Positions 39,717 through 55,537 of a stretch of 64,000 nt of DNA are shown one piece after another. A model generated the notes under the pieces. The model was not told the origin of the DNA. It did no database searches and saw only the letters and a list, made by a program, of their open reading frames with translations. Both the position numbers and the translations under genes were made by a program. This DNA is from the human T2T-CHM13v2.0 reference genome, Homo sapiens: NCBI RefSeq assembly GCF_009914755.1, contig NC_060944.1, one strand, 5' to 3'. The number at the start of each line of letters is the position of its first letter. Position 1 is the first letter of the stretch.

Positions 39717-40929
39717 TGAGTTTCCTCAAAACAGCTATTTTGAATTCTCTGTCTGAAAGGTCACATATCTCTGTTTCTTCAGGATTGGTCCTGGGTGCGT
39801 TATTTAGTTCATTTGGTGAGGCCATGTTTGTCTGGATGGTATTGATGCTTATAGATGTTCTTAGGTGTCTGGGCATTGAAGAGTTAGATATTTATTGTAG
39901 TCTTTACAGACTGGGCTTGTTTGTGCTTGTCCTTGGGAAGGCTTTCTAGATATTCAAAAGGACTTGGGTCTTGTGATATAGGTTGTGTCTGCTTTAGGGG
40001 GCCCAAAGCTCAGTAATTCTGTGGTTCTTGCAGATTTGTAGAGGTATCGCCTTGATGGTCTTAGACAAGATTCAGTAGAATTCTCTGGATTACCAGGCAG
40101 AGATTCTAATTCTCTTCTCTTACCTTTTCCCAAACAAATGGAAACTTTCTGTCTGTTTTGAGCCACCTGGAGCTGTGCATAGGCTGATACAAGCATCCCT
40201 GTGGCCACCACCGCTAGGACTGCACTGGGCCAGGCCTGAAGCCAGCATAGCACTGGGTCTTGCCCAAGACCTGCTGTAAAAAGTCCCTGGCTAAGGCTTA
40301 TGTTCACTCAAGGCCCTGGGGCTCGATAATCAGCAGATGGCAAAGCCAGCCAGGCTTTTATCCTTCCCTTCAGTGTGGCAAGTTGCCCCAGGCCCCGGGC
40401 ATGTCCACAGGTGCTGTTCGGGAGCCAGGGACTAGAGTTGAAAACCTTAGAAGTCTACCTGTTGTTCTATCGTACTGCAGCTGAGCTGGCACTTCACCAC
40501 AAGATGCAGTCCTTCCCACTTTTCCCTCTCCTTTCCAAAGGCAGAGGAGCCTTACCACATGGCCGCCAACTCCACGGACCCACAGGGAGTACTGCCAGAT
40601 TGGCATTGTGTTCCCTTAGGGCCCAAGGGCTCTTGGGTCAGCTTGTGGTAAATGCTGCCTGGCCAGGGACTCTCCCTTCAGGGCAGTGGGCTCCCCTCTC
40701 CTCTCACCCAGGTCAGGTACAGAAATGTTGTCCAAGAGCCAAGACCTGGAATCAGGAATCCCAAGAGCCCACTTGGTGACCTATGCCACTGTTGCTGAGC
40801 TGGTACCTGATTTTTGGTTCTTATGAAGCTGTTTTTTAAATTTTGTGCAGATAGTTGTTAAATTGGTGTCCTTGTGCGGGGATGATGAGTGTAGCATTCT
40901 ATTCCTCCATCTTGCTCCACTCCAGGTCT

Positions 40930-41081
40930 CCCTAGAGATTATTTAAAGTATACAGGAGGATGTATGTAAGTTATATGCGAACACCATACCATTTTATATC
41001 AGATAATTGAGCATCCATGGATTTTGGTATCCTTGGAGGATTCCTGGAAGCAATCTCCATGGATACCAAGGGATGACTGTA
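40930..41081 (-). mobile_element. MER2, 5' half only
   Basis: gagcatccatggattttggtatcc...ggataccaagggatgactgta. Confidence 0.85.
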
Positions 41082-41108
41082 TATGAGATCATATTATAAC
41101 AACCATTT

Positions 41109-41424
<316 letters not shown>

Positions 41425-41457
41425 TCAAAGACATTATGAGCACCTTTCATTAAATAT

Positions 41458-41764
<307 letters not shown>

Positions 41765-42216
41765 TCATTAAATATTCTTTACTCCAGTTCTTAGAGCTAT
41801 CTAGTATTCTGTTTTATGGTGGGCTACAATATGTTATTCCTTCATCGTAAATTATTTAGGCAGTTTTCAATTTTTCACTATTTATTACAGTTCAATTTGG
41901 TGTTTAAACACATCTGTTTACCAGATGAAATAGTACTTGGGAAAAAGCTTTATGAAAATTTACATTATTACTTTCTTGTTATTTCCATTGTTGTTGGCTT
42001 ATTTGACTATGTTACTCGTTTTGCCCTGGCCCAATGGAAAGTGCTTTGAGGGTGAAGACAGTTCCTTAATTCCTGCTTTGAGGTGTGCCATCCCCAGCAC
42101 AGCATTGAACATAAGACAGATATTTCATGGGAGCGATCAGATGGGATGGTCAGTGATGCCTGGTCAATTGCAACAGACTCGTACTCTTTTGAAAACATTG
42201 ATCACAGTGTATGTCC

Positions 42217-42506
42217 TTTTGTTGAGATGAAGTCTCACTCTTGTCGCCCAGGCTGGAGTGTAATGGCACGATCTCGGCTCACTGCAACCTCTAACTCCTG
42301 GGTTCAAGCAATTCTTGTGCCCCAGCCTCCCGAGTAGCTGGAATTACAGGCATGTGCCACCACACCTGGCTAATTTTTGTATTTTTAGTAGAGATGGGGT
42401 TTCACCATGTTGGCCAGGCTGGTCTCAAACTCCTGATCTCAGGCGATCCGCCCACCTTGGCCTCCCAAAGTGCTGAGATTACAGGTGTGAACCACCGCGC
42501 CCAGCC
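42217..42506 (-). mobile_element. Alu (S-type)
   Basis: Antisense Alu. Confidence 0.94.
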
Positions 42507-42564
42507 CTAGTCTATGTTCCTTTTAAATTAAAAGTATTTAGGAAAACATTTTATATATTTTAAC

Positions 42565-42918
<354 letters not shown>

Positions 42919-43186
42919 TAAATATACAACCCAATAAATTATCACACTGAGCATGTGTGGGTAATTGGCAGCTAGATCAAAACAATATTTCAGCACCCCA
43001 GAAAATCCCCTTTGTAGTCCACACTTAAGTTCTTGGTTTTGTTTGATTTTGTTTTGTTTTTGTGGTCATTGCAGGTGCTTTGGATTTTAGTTGCGTTGTT
43101 CATTTTCTTAATTTTTCAGATTCAGCCTTAGCAAATGGAATCTTGCTTATAGCAAGATTGTCAGTTACTGGTAAAAGGAGCTCTGG

Positions 43187-43430
43187 GGCCCAGCGCGGTG
43201 GCTCATGCCTATAATCCCAGCACTTTGGGAGGCAAAGGTAAATCACTTGAACCCCTACTCTACAAAAAATTAAAAGAAATTGGCTGGGCATGGTGGTGCG
43301 CACCTGTAGTCCCAGCAGCTACTTGGGAGGCTGAGGTGGGAGGATGACTCAAGCTAGGAGGTCGAGGCTGCAGTGAGCCATGATTGCACCACTGAACTCT
43401 AGTCTGGGGGACAGAGCAAGACCCTGTTCC
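43187..43430 (+). mobile_element. Alu (J-type, internal deletion in left arm)
   Basis: aatcacttgaa joined directly to cccctactctac. Confidence 0.88.
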
Positions 43431-43908
43431 CCCACAAAAAGACAGTCAGGTAGGCACTGGAGGGAACAGCATCCCCCAAAGTGGCTCCAAGCAAGGGCAA
43501 AAGCTCTGAAGTCAGAGCCAGGCTTTGGGCCACATTGAGGGAATGCGAATGAGACCAAGTGGCTGGAGCCCAAAGGGCCATGGGGAGGAGGCTGGAAATG
43601 AGACGGAATAGATGCTTCAGGCGGGCAGGTGAAGAGACAGATCTTGGAGGCACTCAGGTTGTAGGAATGTTTATATTTACTCTGAGGGAAATAGGGAGCC
43701 ATGGGAGGGATGGGAGCACAGGAGTTATATGACCTGGCTTAGATCATTAAAAAGATCACCCTGGCCGCTACTAAGGTATTTACTGGGGGTAAGAATGGAA
43801 TCAGGAAAACTAGTTTGGAGCCTGTTACAACAATCTGAATGGGAAAAGATGGTCCTTTTTCTGATATTTATTGTTGTTTAACAAACTACTTCAAAACTTC
43901 TGGCTTAA

Positions 43909-44338
<430 letters not shown>

Positions 44339-44370
44339 AATTGTCTTGTAATTTTTAAAGAACTGTTTGC

Positions 44371-44500
44371 CAGCCAGGTACGGTGGCTCATGCCTATAAT
44401 CCCAGCACTTTGGGAGGCTGAGGCAGGAGGATGGCTTGAGGCTAGGAGTTTGAGAACAGCCTGGACAACATAGCTAGATCTTGTGTCTATTAAAAAATTA
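44371..44500 (+). mobile_element. Alu left monomer (FLAM_C-like)
   Basis: Left arm only; tgtttgcc flanks both sides. Confidence 0.85.
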
Positions 44501-44519
44501 TAATTTTTAATAAAAAATT

Positions 44520-44780
44520 GTTTGCCAGGAATGTATTTTACTTTGTTGGGTGCAGGATATTATGTTTCTGTGAATTATCTCAAGTTCTGTTCTGGGATGC
44601 AGTTAAGTTCCTTGGAAATAGTTTGATCCTTTTAGGGTGTAAGATGTGTTAAGTGGGATCAGAGCAGTGTTTAGTCCAGAGCTAATTATTCTCCACTACT
44701 GAGGCAAGATGCTTCTGAGGGCTCTGCCCAGTGCCTTGTGAATTGTGAGATTGTCCAGGCTGCCTGCGTGAGCTCCAATA
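44520..44780 (-). mobile_element. Old L1M 5'-region fragment
   Basis: tgttctgggatgcagttaagttccttggaaatagtttgatcctt...ccactactgaggcaaga. Confidence 0.6.
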
Positions 44781-45240
44781 CTAGTTCCTCTAATCCAATG
44801 CTCTAATTCAAGAAAATATGACTGAGTTCATTGTTGTGAAGCAGAGTTGCCCAGGAAGCCCACAGAATCATGAGAAATAATAAAAATTTGTTAAATAATA
44901 AATAACTGAAAAAAAAAAAAGAGCTGGATCCAGGTCTTTGCACAACCTCAGGTAGGTGTTGCTAGTGTGTGCCAATCAGAGCTCAGCTGAAGACCTCTGG
45001 TGGGCCCTTTGCCGATCTCTGGAGCTCTCTCTCTGCAGTATTTTGCTCTCTGGTATGCTGTCCACCTGAATTCCCTCACTGCCTCAGTCTCCCCTGCCTC
45101 TCAGCTTCATCTCAACTCAGAGAGAGCCTGTCCTGACCCTCCTGGACATGTTGAGTTTAATGTGCCTCTTACCATACTAGTGAAGATTCCTTGAAATGCC
45201 GTCTGGAAGAGGTCCCTTATAAACAAACTCCTGGATTTCA

Positions 45241-45518
45241 TAACTCAGAAAGGGGAAACCAAACATCGTATGTCTTCAGTTATAAGTGAGAGCTAAGCTA
45301 TGAGGATGCAAAGGCATAAGAATGATGTGATGGACATTGGGGACTCCGGGGGAAGGGTGGGAGGGGGTGAGGGGTGAAAGACACATTGGGTACAGTGTAG
45401 ACTGCTCGGGTGATGGGTGCACCAAAATCTCAGACATTACCACTAAATAACTTATACATGTAACCAAATACCACCTGTGCCCCCAAAACTATTGAAAAAA
45501 CAACAACAACAACAAAAA
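45241..45518 (+). mobile_element. L1PB1-like 3' end
   Basis: gagctaagctatgaggatgcaaaggcataagaatga...gggtgcaccaaaatctca; TSD aaa(c/g)tcctgga(t/c)ttca. Confidence 0.9.
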
Positions 45519-46347
45519 AGTCCTGGACTTCAATTGTCCAAGGTGAGTCAAAGACTCAGGCAAATCTCCTACGGAATGTCAGGTTGTCTATCAATTGATT
45601 GCCTTGTCATTTGGGATCTGATATTGGGATCAAATTGGCATCTGTAACTCCTCAAGTTATTTCAAGTACTGGGTCTTTGATTTGGTCTATGAGCCACAAA
45701 ACCTTGTCTGTCTCCTTCCTGTTTAGCTAAAACAAACAAATAAGTAGTGATTCTGATAATCCCTTATTTAAAAAGTACACGTAACATGTAAGAGATTTTA
45801 CTTGTGACCTATGAGCCGCATTATTATTTGTTATTAGTAGTAGCCGAAATGCTGACATTGATGAATGATAGGCTTTTCAAAATATTAGTTAGATGTAGTT
45901 AGTGTGTTCTTATAATAATAACACTCACTCATCAGCTTCAGTGTTAGCCAGGACTCTTGCTTGAAAATCATGGAAGTCAACTGAGAGTAATTTAAGAAAA
46001 ACTTCTACAACAAATCCCCCTACAGAAATGAAATTTAGAGGCCCATTTAGCTCAAAAGCCTAAGACGTAGGGCCTGATTCAGTCTTCAGATCTCTCTCCT
46101 TCCCTGTCGATTCTGTTTCCTTCTCCCTATCTTCATTTTCAGCCTGGTGGGACCAGATTTACGTCAGCCTTAAAGTTTTGATCTCTAAATAAATAAATAA
46201 AAGAATAATTTCTCTGATATCTCTGGCAAAGTCCTGGGGCAGGGGGAATCTCAGGTGCCTAGGCTTAGGTCTCATGCCCCTCCTTGCTGTGGGGTCAGAA
46301 GAGGGTAAGCCCACAGGGTCATGTGACTTCAGCAGGCTTCCCACGGA

Positions 46348-46570
46348 GTGGGCTTTTTCATCCCTGGCAACATTGATACTCTGGGCTGGATGATTGTCTG
46401 TTGTGAGGCTGCCCTGTGCATTATAGGATGTTTAGCAACCTCCCTGGTCTCTACCCACTAAGATACCAGTAGTACCTCTCTCCTTTCCCCATAGTTGTGG
46501 TAACGAAAAATGTCTCTAGATGTTGCCAAATGTCTTCTGGTGGGCAAAATTGCCCCCATTAAGAAGCACT
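46348..46570 (-). mobile_element. MER20
   Basis: ctgccctgtgcattataggatgtttagca...aaaaatgtctctagatgttgccaaatgtc. Confidence 0.88.
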
Positions 46571-46619
46571 TCTATGAAGCAGGAGTACTTTCCTTTGGGT
46601 AGAGATGCTGGGCAAGACA

Positions 46620-47172
<553 letters not shown>

Positions 47173-47224
47173 CTAGTGTCATGATGAAAACTATTAACTA
47201 TTACTATTAACTATTAACTAAGAC

Positions 47225-47632
47225 TGTGTCTGATTCATTGCTTGTAACACAATCCTTGAAACTGGGTGATTTATAAGAAACAAAATTTACTCCTTACAGT
47301 TCTAGAAGCTGGTTGAGGAGAGTCATCTGGTGAGAGGCTTCTTGCTGATGGGGCCTCTGCAGAGCCGCAAGGCTGCACAGGGCATCACATGATCACATGG
47401 CACAAAGGCTGAGCATTCTAGCTCAGGTCTCTCTTCCTCTTCTTAGAAAGACACCAGTTCCACTCCCATAACAACCCATTAGCCCATTAATCCATGAAAG
47501 AATTAATTCATTCATGAGGACAGAGCCCTTGTGACCTAATCACCTCTTAAAGGTCCAACCCCTCAATACTGCCACATCGGCAATTAAGTTTCAACAAGAG
47601 TTTTGGAGGTGACGAACACTCAAACCATAGCA
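47225..47632 (-). mobile_element. MST (MSTB/C-like) MaLR solo LTR
   Basis: actgggtgatttataagaaac...cctaatcacctcttaaagg...caaaccatagca. Confidence 0.85.
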
Positions 47633-50600
47633 GACTGAAATACCAAGTTTTATTTTGGCTCAATATTGTACTAGGTACATGATCATTCTTAAATTATTTA
47701 ATCTTTGAAATCATTGGTTTCCTCCAGTATAAAAGATGATAAATGATATCAGGCAACCAATTGCTGATGTATGTGAAACTGTGAAGTACTAGGCAAATGG
47801 AATATTATTTAAACATACTCTTCAATTAGTTGAATATGAAAGCTACTTTGGTGACTTCTGATTTTTTAGAATCAGAAAATTTCCTCCCTTCCTTTCTTCT
47901 TCCCTCCCTCTTCCCTCCCTCCCTCCTTCCCTCTGTCCCTCCCTCCCTCCTTCTTTCTTCCTCCCCATCCTCCTCCCTCTTTGTCTCTTCTTAATTTTTT
48001 CTTTCATCTTCTTTTTGGCTTGTTGGTTAATGTAGAGATATAAGTGTTGTAACAAATAAGTTACTATTATTTTCTAGTATGTTCCAAGAAGCAAAAAAAA
48101 AAATATTGCTTGCCTGATTTATTACCAGTTTATTCTGTTCCTGCTGTTAAAAAATTAGGGAAAAAAAAGGGAAAGGAAAGAAAAACATTTCCAGTTCGTT
48201 GAGCTAACTGGTGGGTGAGAGGCTGAGAAATGATACCATCCTTGCGAAGGCAGATATTATGTCCCAAGAGCACACGATGTGTATGTTCTCAACCTTCTGG
48301 CTCTGTTCCACCTTGGTAATAATCCAACCAGTTAATTCCGTGGGACTTAAGCTTCTGGTCTTTGTCTGAACAAATCAGAAATTGCCAGAAAATGTTAGAA
48401 CAAATTGTAGATCCCAGTTGTAGTGAAGGGTAGAATATATCCCAGAAACAAAACAAATGACTTAATCCATTGTCAGATGTGGGGGCTCTATGATTCATCC
48501 CTTAAAAGAGAATTATGGTAGGGCTTACTTCCCAAGTGAAAGAAAGACAATGTGCTCTTCCATCTAATCCGATTGTAGGAAAATTTCGGAATGTCACCTT
48601 TTAGAGTAAACATTGCTTGACTCTTAGATTAGGTCTGTAATTTATGGTGCAGGATCTCCTTTAGAGTTTTCAGTAAAGAATGCTGTATTTGTTCCTTTTC
48701 TGTTTGCAAAAATAGGCGTTTGGGTGTGACATCCCTTAGGGTGATCATTATCAGTGGATCATTTTACATATTCTTGTGCCAATTCTAAAATAAGCACATA
48801 TATTTCTCAACCAGTTGAGTATCTCCTAAATGATGCTTTCTTCTCAGTGGGAAGCTTTGGATACTTATGAAAAAAAAAATCAGAGTTCTTTAAGTTGGAG
48901 AGTCCACGCTGATATTCATCACAATTTGCATTTGAATAGTACAAACTACAGGAAACCATGGTTGGGGGGGGAGGTGAAATTTTTATTATGTGCTTGGCGA
49001 GGAGTCTCTGAGTGTTTATAGTTTGGGAACGGATACTAGCAGAAGGCTTTCTGTTGTTGTTAGGGACGGCTCACATTCCCTTCCCACCCACTCACTGCCA
49101 TCTACAGCTCAGCTTTGGAGTCAGAATAGCACTTTTCCTACATTTAGTAGGACTAAGAAAGATTTTTTTTTCTCCCCTTGGCATATTCCTGCAGCTGGAT
49201 ATTAGGGAAGCAAGGAAGCTGTTGAATAGCTTTCTAGCTAACCACATTCATAGTATTCTTTCTCATCTTCCTTCAGAGTTTCTGTTTAGTTTTGTTCTGT
49301 TCTAAGGACCTATTTCCTCTCTAATGAAATTTTCGTAGGACCCTGTTGTTTGAATGTTTGTTTCTGGACCCTTTGAGGTTTCTTTACTGGCATTGTTATT
49401 TTGATTGGAGAGCCAATTTGCTATCTGTGAACTTTTGCAGATGCGTGAATCGTGAGTGAGATAGAGAGGTGACATATATTTGAGTGTGTGGTATGGGGGA
49501 GAGAAAGAGTCACTTTTTGTGCTCTTCCGGGCACGTCTTCAAACACACCATGCTGTCCCCCACACAGTGAGTAGAATTATCCCAACTGTTTTTAAGTTTT
49601 AAAGTGCTAACAAACAGAAAAAACAATGCAAATAATTTTCTCTTCAAGGATCTCTGAGAACTCTGGCCACACCTCATTCTTAAAAGCATAATATGTGAGT
49701 GACTAGGACAGAATTCTTTCCCTGGATTCCCTTAGAGAATGTCTCACGAAATAACGTCTCATGGCAATGAATCATCGGCTCAGGATCCGACCAGTAAGCC
49801 ACTGGCCACATTTCTATTTTTAAGAGTCACTAGGAAAAGTTGGAAATAATTTTAGAAAATAAAGAAAATACTCTTTGGCCTTTCTTTCATTTTCTTTTCA
49901 TTTGGGGAGTAAGTGGAGAATGGGGGAAGAGATCTCATGTCTTTGATTCATGTAAAGCCAAGTTCTGGAAATATAGCAAACGCAGGAGAACTCTTTCTTA
50001 AGTGGTAGGAACAGTCCTAATTCCCACAGTTTAGGTTATCTGGTCTATTTCAAGGTTTTGGTGCGTGAGGTTTGGTGTCAACAGCATGATATGATCTGTG
50101 GTATACTTAGGGTTCCCAAATATGAATGTAGAAGCATTGAAATAATTTATTTTATTGGATTTGAATTCACTAAATATAGCCCTTGAGTCATGTATAAAAT
50201 CTCATTGTTCTAATATGAAACAAATGCTGAGTTTATTGTCAAGCCTAATTAACATGTCATGAACATGGGGCACCTGTAAATGATAGAATCTGAGTTAACA
50301 ACAGCTCTCTGACTGTGTGCACGGGCTGTTTGGAGGGCTTCTTCATGCTCAAAGTTCAACGGCATTTAGAGTTTCAACAGTTCACTGCTTCAATTTTTGT
50401 TTACTTTCGTTTCCCCTGGGCAGAACTCTCTAATCTGGGTTTAACTTTTTATACTATACTTGTGAGAGGTGCTCAAATTACCCTACTCCAATAATAGCAT
50501 ACTCTTCATATGGGAAATTTGAAAAGTGCCTCTGCCCACTCTATACAGAATTTCCTGTGCTGTACATTTATCCTGCTGAGACAGGAAACACAATTATTGT

Positions 50601-50963
50601 TTGGAATTAAGCTAGACCCTTGAGGAACATGAAGTTCTGCTTATGGTTTCCCCACCCCCCTCCATCATCAGACATGGGTGTTGTTTTATCAGAAATAAAT
50701 AAAAACGGATAATGTAGCTACAAATAGCTACAGGGAAGGAAAAATCTATTTGTAAGATTTTTATTACTTGTGCCTAAATAAGATGGTTCTCTGAACATTT
50801 GCTGACTGTTTACAAGAGAAAATAATTATTCCTGGCTTGTAAGCCTGTCAGGCCATCACAGAAGAAGGTACAAACTATTTCCACATTTTTTAACCCCCTC
50901 AGTTTCTCTATGATTATTCGTTGACTATTTTAGCTGGTGACGCAATGAAAAAACAGAGTCTAA

Positions 50964-51282
<319 letters not shown>

Positions 51283-51461
51283 TAATCAAATATTACCTCT
51301 TCAGAAAAGACTTCCATGGAAGCCCCTTATGAAATACTGCCAGAGCCCTCACCTCCCATATGGCTCCATTTTCTTGTCCTGTTCACTTTCTTCAAAGCAT
51401 TCATCACTATGAAGTATTATATTAATATATGTATTATTTACTAGCTTATACACCTCTAGGA

Positions 51462-52105
51462 CAGTGCTACCCAACAGAAATATAATGCAAGCCACACAGG
51501 AAATTTAAAATTTTCTAGGAGTCATATTAAGAAAGTAAAAAGAGGTCAGGCGTGGTGGCTCACTCCTGTCATCCCAGAACTTTGGGAGGCCAAGGCAGGC
51601 AGAGAGCTTGAGCTCAGGAGTTCGAGACCAGCCTGGGGAACATGATGAAACTCCATCTCTACTAAAAATACAAAAATTATACTAGCTGGGCATGATGGTA
51701 CACACCTGTAGTCCCAGCTACTCAGGAGGCTTATGTGGGAGGATCGCTTGATCTCAGGGAGGTCAAGGCTGCAGTGAGCCGTGATCATACCACTGCACTC
51801 CGGCCTGGATGACAGAGTGAGACCTCATTTCAAAAAAAAAAAAGAAGGTAAAAAGAAAATGAATACTATTATATTTATTATAATAGTAGTGTTTCATTAA
51901 ACCCAGTATGTCCATAATATTATCATTTTAACATGTAATCAACATAAAATAATTGTTAATGAGATATTTTTTATTCATTTTTTGAACTAAGTCTTTGAAA
52001 TCCAGTGTGTGTTTTACTCTCACAGCATATCTCAGTCCCGACCAGCCCCATTCAAGTGCTCAGTGGCCACTTGAGGCCTGTGGCTACCATATCAGCCTGC
52101 GTGGC
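51462..52105 (+). mobile_element. MER33 (hAT-Charlie), interrupted by Alu
   Basis: cagtgctacccaacagaaatataatgcaagccac...cattcaagtgctcagtggccac. Confidence 0.85.
51544..51845 (+). mobile_element. Alu (Jb-like)
   Basis: Sense Alu; TSD aa(a/g)gtaaaaaga. Confidence 0.94.
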
Positions 52106-52759
52106 TCATCTATAAACTCCAGGTGGTCAGCAACTTTGTTTTGTTCCCTAGAGCATTGACGCACACACACTAAAGACATAGTAAATAGTCAATGAAGTAG
52201 CAAATGAATGTTAAAATTATAAAGACCACAACTGTTTAGCCAAAGGTCTGTGTATTCAATGCCTTCCAGCATGTTGCAATGACTGTAGTTTTTCTCTTTT
52301 TCCTAATGTTTCCTTCTTGCCCACCAATCTAAGAATATCAAAATGCAAAGAATGTCACTATGATCATTTGTTTTGTCATTGAACTAGTTTTTCTGGGAAA
52401 AGCCAGATACCATATCCCGTGGTGACTCTCTGCCCACACACCCCTCTGAATGGATTCATTAAAGTTCCATTCTTGCATATTTTTTCCTCTTGGCTCTATG
52501 TTCCATCCCTTTAATCAATTCTTGAGCTGCTTAATTAGCAATGATTCAAAACATTTTTTAAAAGATCACGCATCCGTTGATATTTTGCCAGCACCTCCTT
52601 CCTTTCATCAAGGCCAATAAACAAAAATGCATTTGGCGCCTTCTTTGTGCCAGATACCATTGCAGTAGGAACTGCAGATATACTTTAGCGTAGCGAAGAC
52701 CCCAGTCCTCTCCCTCAGTCCAGTGGGGAGAAAGTCAGTCATTACGATGAGGATGAGGA

Positions 52760-53285
52760 GAGTCTGGTGGTACAGACACGAGCTCTGGTGATGGACAATG
52801 GAGGTTCAAATCCTGGTGCTGCCACTTGCAGCTATATGGGCTTGAGCCTGTCACAATATATCTCTAGCCCTTAGTTTTTCCATCTGTAAAATGGGGATAA
52901 TAATAGTATGTACAGGTATTAGTCAATTTTTACACCGCTATAATGAAATAACAGAGACTAGGTAATGTGTAAAGAAAAAGAAGTTTAACGGACTCACAAT
53001 CATGGTGGAAGGCAAAGGAAGGCAAAGGCACGTATTACATGGTGGCAGGCAAGAGAATGTGTGCAGGGGAACTGCCCTTTATAAAACCATCAGATCTTGT
53101 AAGACTTATTCACTATCATGAGAACAGCATGAGAAAAACCCACCCCATGATTTAATTACCTCCCACCGGGTCCCTCCCACGACACATGGGGATTATAGGA
53201 GCTACAATTCAAGATGAGATTTGGGTGGGGACACAGCCAAACCATGTCAGTACCTCATAGTGTTGTGAGGATTAAATTATACATA
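52760..53285 (+). mobile_element. MIR split by a THE1 LTR
   Basis: ggttcaaatcctgg...catctgtaaaatggggataataatagta | cctcatagtgttgtgaggattaaat. Confidence 0.8.
52915..53249 (-). mobile_element. THE1 (B/C-like) solo LTR
   Basis: ataaaaccatcagatcttgt...gagatttgggtggggacacagccaaaccatgtca; TSD gtac(a/c). Confidence 0.92.
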
Positions 53286-53287
53286 TG

Positions 53288-53710
53288 TGTTCTGTGGTGA
53301 GCAGGTCTACGCAAACCTACCCCAAAAGTCCTAAGAAGCTAAAAGACCAAAGAAAGTGGCTGACACAACGATTTTCTTGGAAAATAACATTTCATAGGGA
53401 CTTACAAACAGAAAACATGTTTGTGTCTTGGGTGGTGGTGAGACAAGATGGTGGATCCTTGTGTCATTATCCCCCTGACCCAGAACTTCTATGTTATAGG
53501 GAAAGGTGACTACAAAGGGATGTTTAGGGCAATTGAAGTGCAATAACATCTAGATTGTTTGACCTCAGGGCAGAATTTACAGTAACTACCTGCTCTTACA
53601 CAGGAACAATAGACAATCTGGAAATCTTGGAGGCCTTCTGGGGAACTAGGGTTAATCAGAAGTCAACATGTCGGGTTAGCTTCCAAGATGGCGCTGCTTT
53701 AGCCTCCACA
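53288..53710 (-). mobile_element. ERV1-class solo LTR (MER83/84-like)
   Basis: ggttaatcagaagtcaacatg...ttagcttccaagatggcgctgctttagcctccaca; flanks ata(t/c)g. Confidence 0.7.
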
Positions 53711-53816
53711 ATACGTGTCTTTGTTACTGATTGTCTTTATTACACATTATAACCCCTGTTAAGGGGTAGCCTTGGCTCATTGCTAGCAGTGGTTAAGAGA
53801 CATACATATCTAATAC

Positions 53817-53861
53817 ATAAAAGTAATGACAAAAACCACAATTACTTTTCCACCAACCTAA
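53817..53861. mobile_element. MADE1 (Mariner MITE), one arm only
   Basis: aaaagtaatgacaaaaaccacaattacttttccaccaacctaa. Confidence 0.75.
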
Positions 53862-54486
53862 TGTTAATATTAAAACATGGCCCTTTAGAGCAATTCACAA
53901 GGCACACTAGCCCTGACACTGATGGGTCAGGTGACATTTCTTAGGGGAAGCACCTTCTCAACTGAAAGCCGGTGGCGAGTCCAAGTTGGCTGGATAAAAC
54001 GTTTAAGCGGGAGGGAAGAGTGTGTGCAAAGACCCGGGATGAGGAACTATTCTGGCAGTTTAAGGAACTGGAATAAGTCAAGCCTGGCTGAGACACAAGC
54101 TCCAAAGCCTCTGGGAACCAGGTAGAATATATTAGGGTGAATCATATAATACTCAACAATTTTCAGACTATAAGAACAGCGATTACCTACGGTTTAGCCT
54201 AAGAGGATGGCTAAAGTGTGCTGTGTGTTAAAAACAAAAATGTAAACCACAACAACAGCAAGTTCCTTGATAAATTGTGGGGCAGGAAACATTGGGTCTC
54301 AATGAGCAGCCGTGGCCACTTGGGCTGGCGGAACATGTGGAGTGGAGCACCTGTGCAAAGGGTGGCCCCAGTGCATTGCCACCACAGACGCCCTGTGTGA
54401 CTAAATACTCAGCTATGTGCATTTTTAAAGGGAAGTCCAAAAATAACACTTTATAGGTTGTCTTTTGATTTTAAAATGTTAGTGTG

Positions 54487-54517
<31 letters not shown>

Positions 54518-54687
54518 CCTTTCTCTTTTGGCTAGGGGAGCAGAGTAGGGACCAGAGTATTTGCAGGCTGAATGTGGCCCCTAAACTACTTGAAGCCAAT
54601 CTTTGGCTCAGAGTTTAGACTAAGGTGGGCAGGAATGAGGCACCTTCTGATTTTTTTAATTTTTAATTTTTAGGAGCACCTCGTTGA

Positions 54688-55035
<348 letters not shown>

Positions 55036-55227
55036 AGAAAATCTTTTCCTTCTAAAGCCCTCCAGTGGCTACTGCGGCACTTAGAATCAAGTTCAAATTC
55101 TTTGCCATGGTTTATAAGACTTCCCCCAGCCCTGACCTGATATACCCTGTAGCCTCTCAACTGTTGAGAGGAACCTCTTCTACTGTTCCTCCGTAACAGT
55201 GCTCTAACTGCACTTAACTTTAAAACA

Positions 55228-55537
55228 ATTTTTTTTTTTGAGACGGAGTCTCACTCTGTCACCAGGCTGGAGTGCAGTGGCGCGATCTCGGCTAACTGCC
55301 ACCTCTGCCTCCTGGGTTCAAGTGTGCCTCCCAGGTTCATTCAATTCTCCTGCCTCAGCCTCCTGAGTAACTGGGACTACAGGCGTGTGCTACCACGCCC
55401 AGCTAATTTTTGTATTTTTAGTAGAGACGGGGTTTCACCCTGTTGGCCAGGATGGTCTCGATCTCTTGACCTCGTGATCCGCCTGCCTCGGCCTCCCAAA
55501 GTGCTGGGATTATAGGCGTGAGCCACCGCGCCTGGCC
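55228..55537 (-). mobile_element. Alu (Sc-like) with small internal duplication
   Basis: tgcctcctgggttca followed by tgcctcccaggttca; TSD taaaacaattttt. Confidence 0.94.

Noticed and set aside
53817-53861. MADE1 as a miR-548-type hairpin
   Set aside because: Only one arm is present, so it cannot form the hairpin
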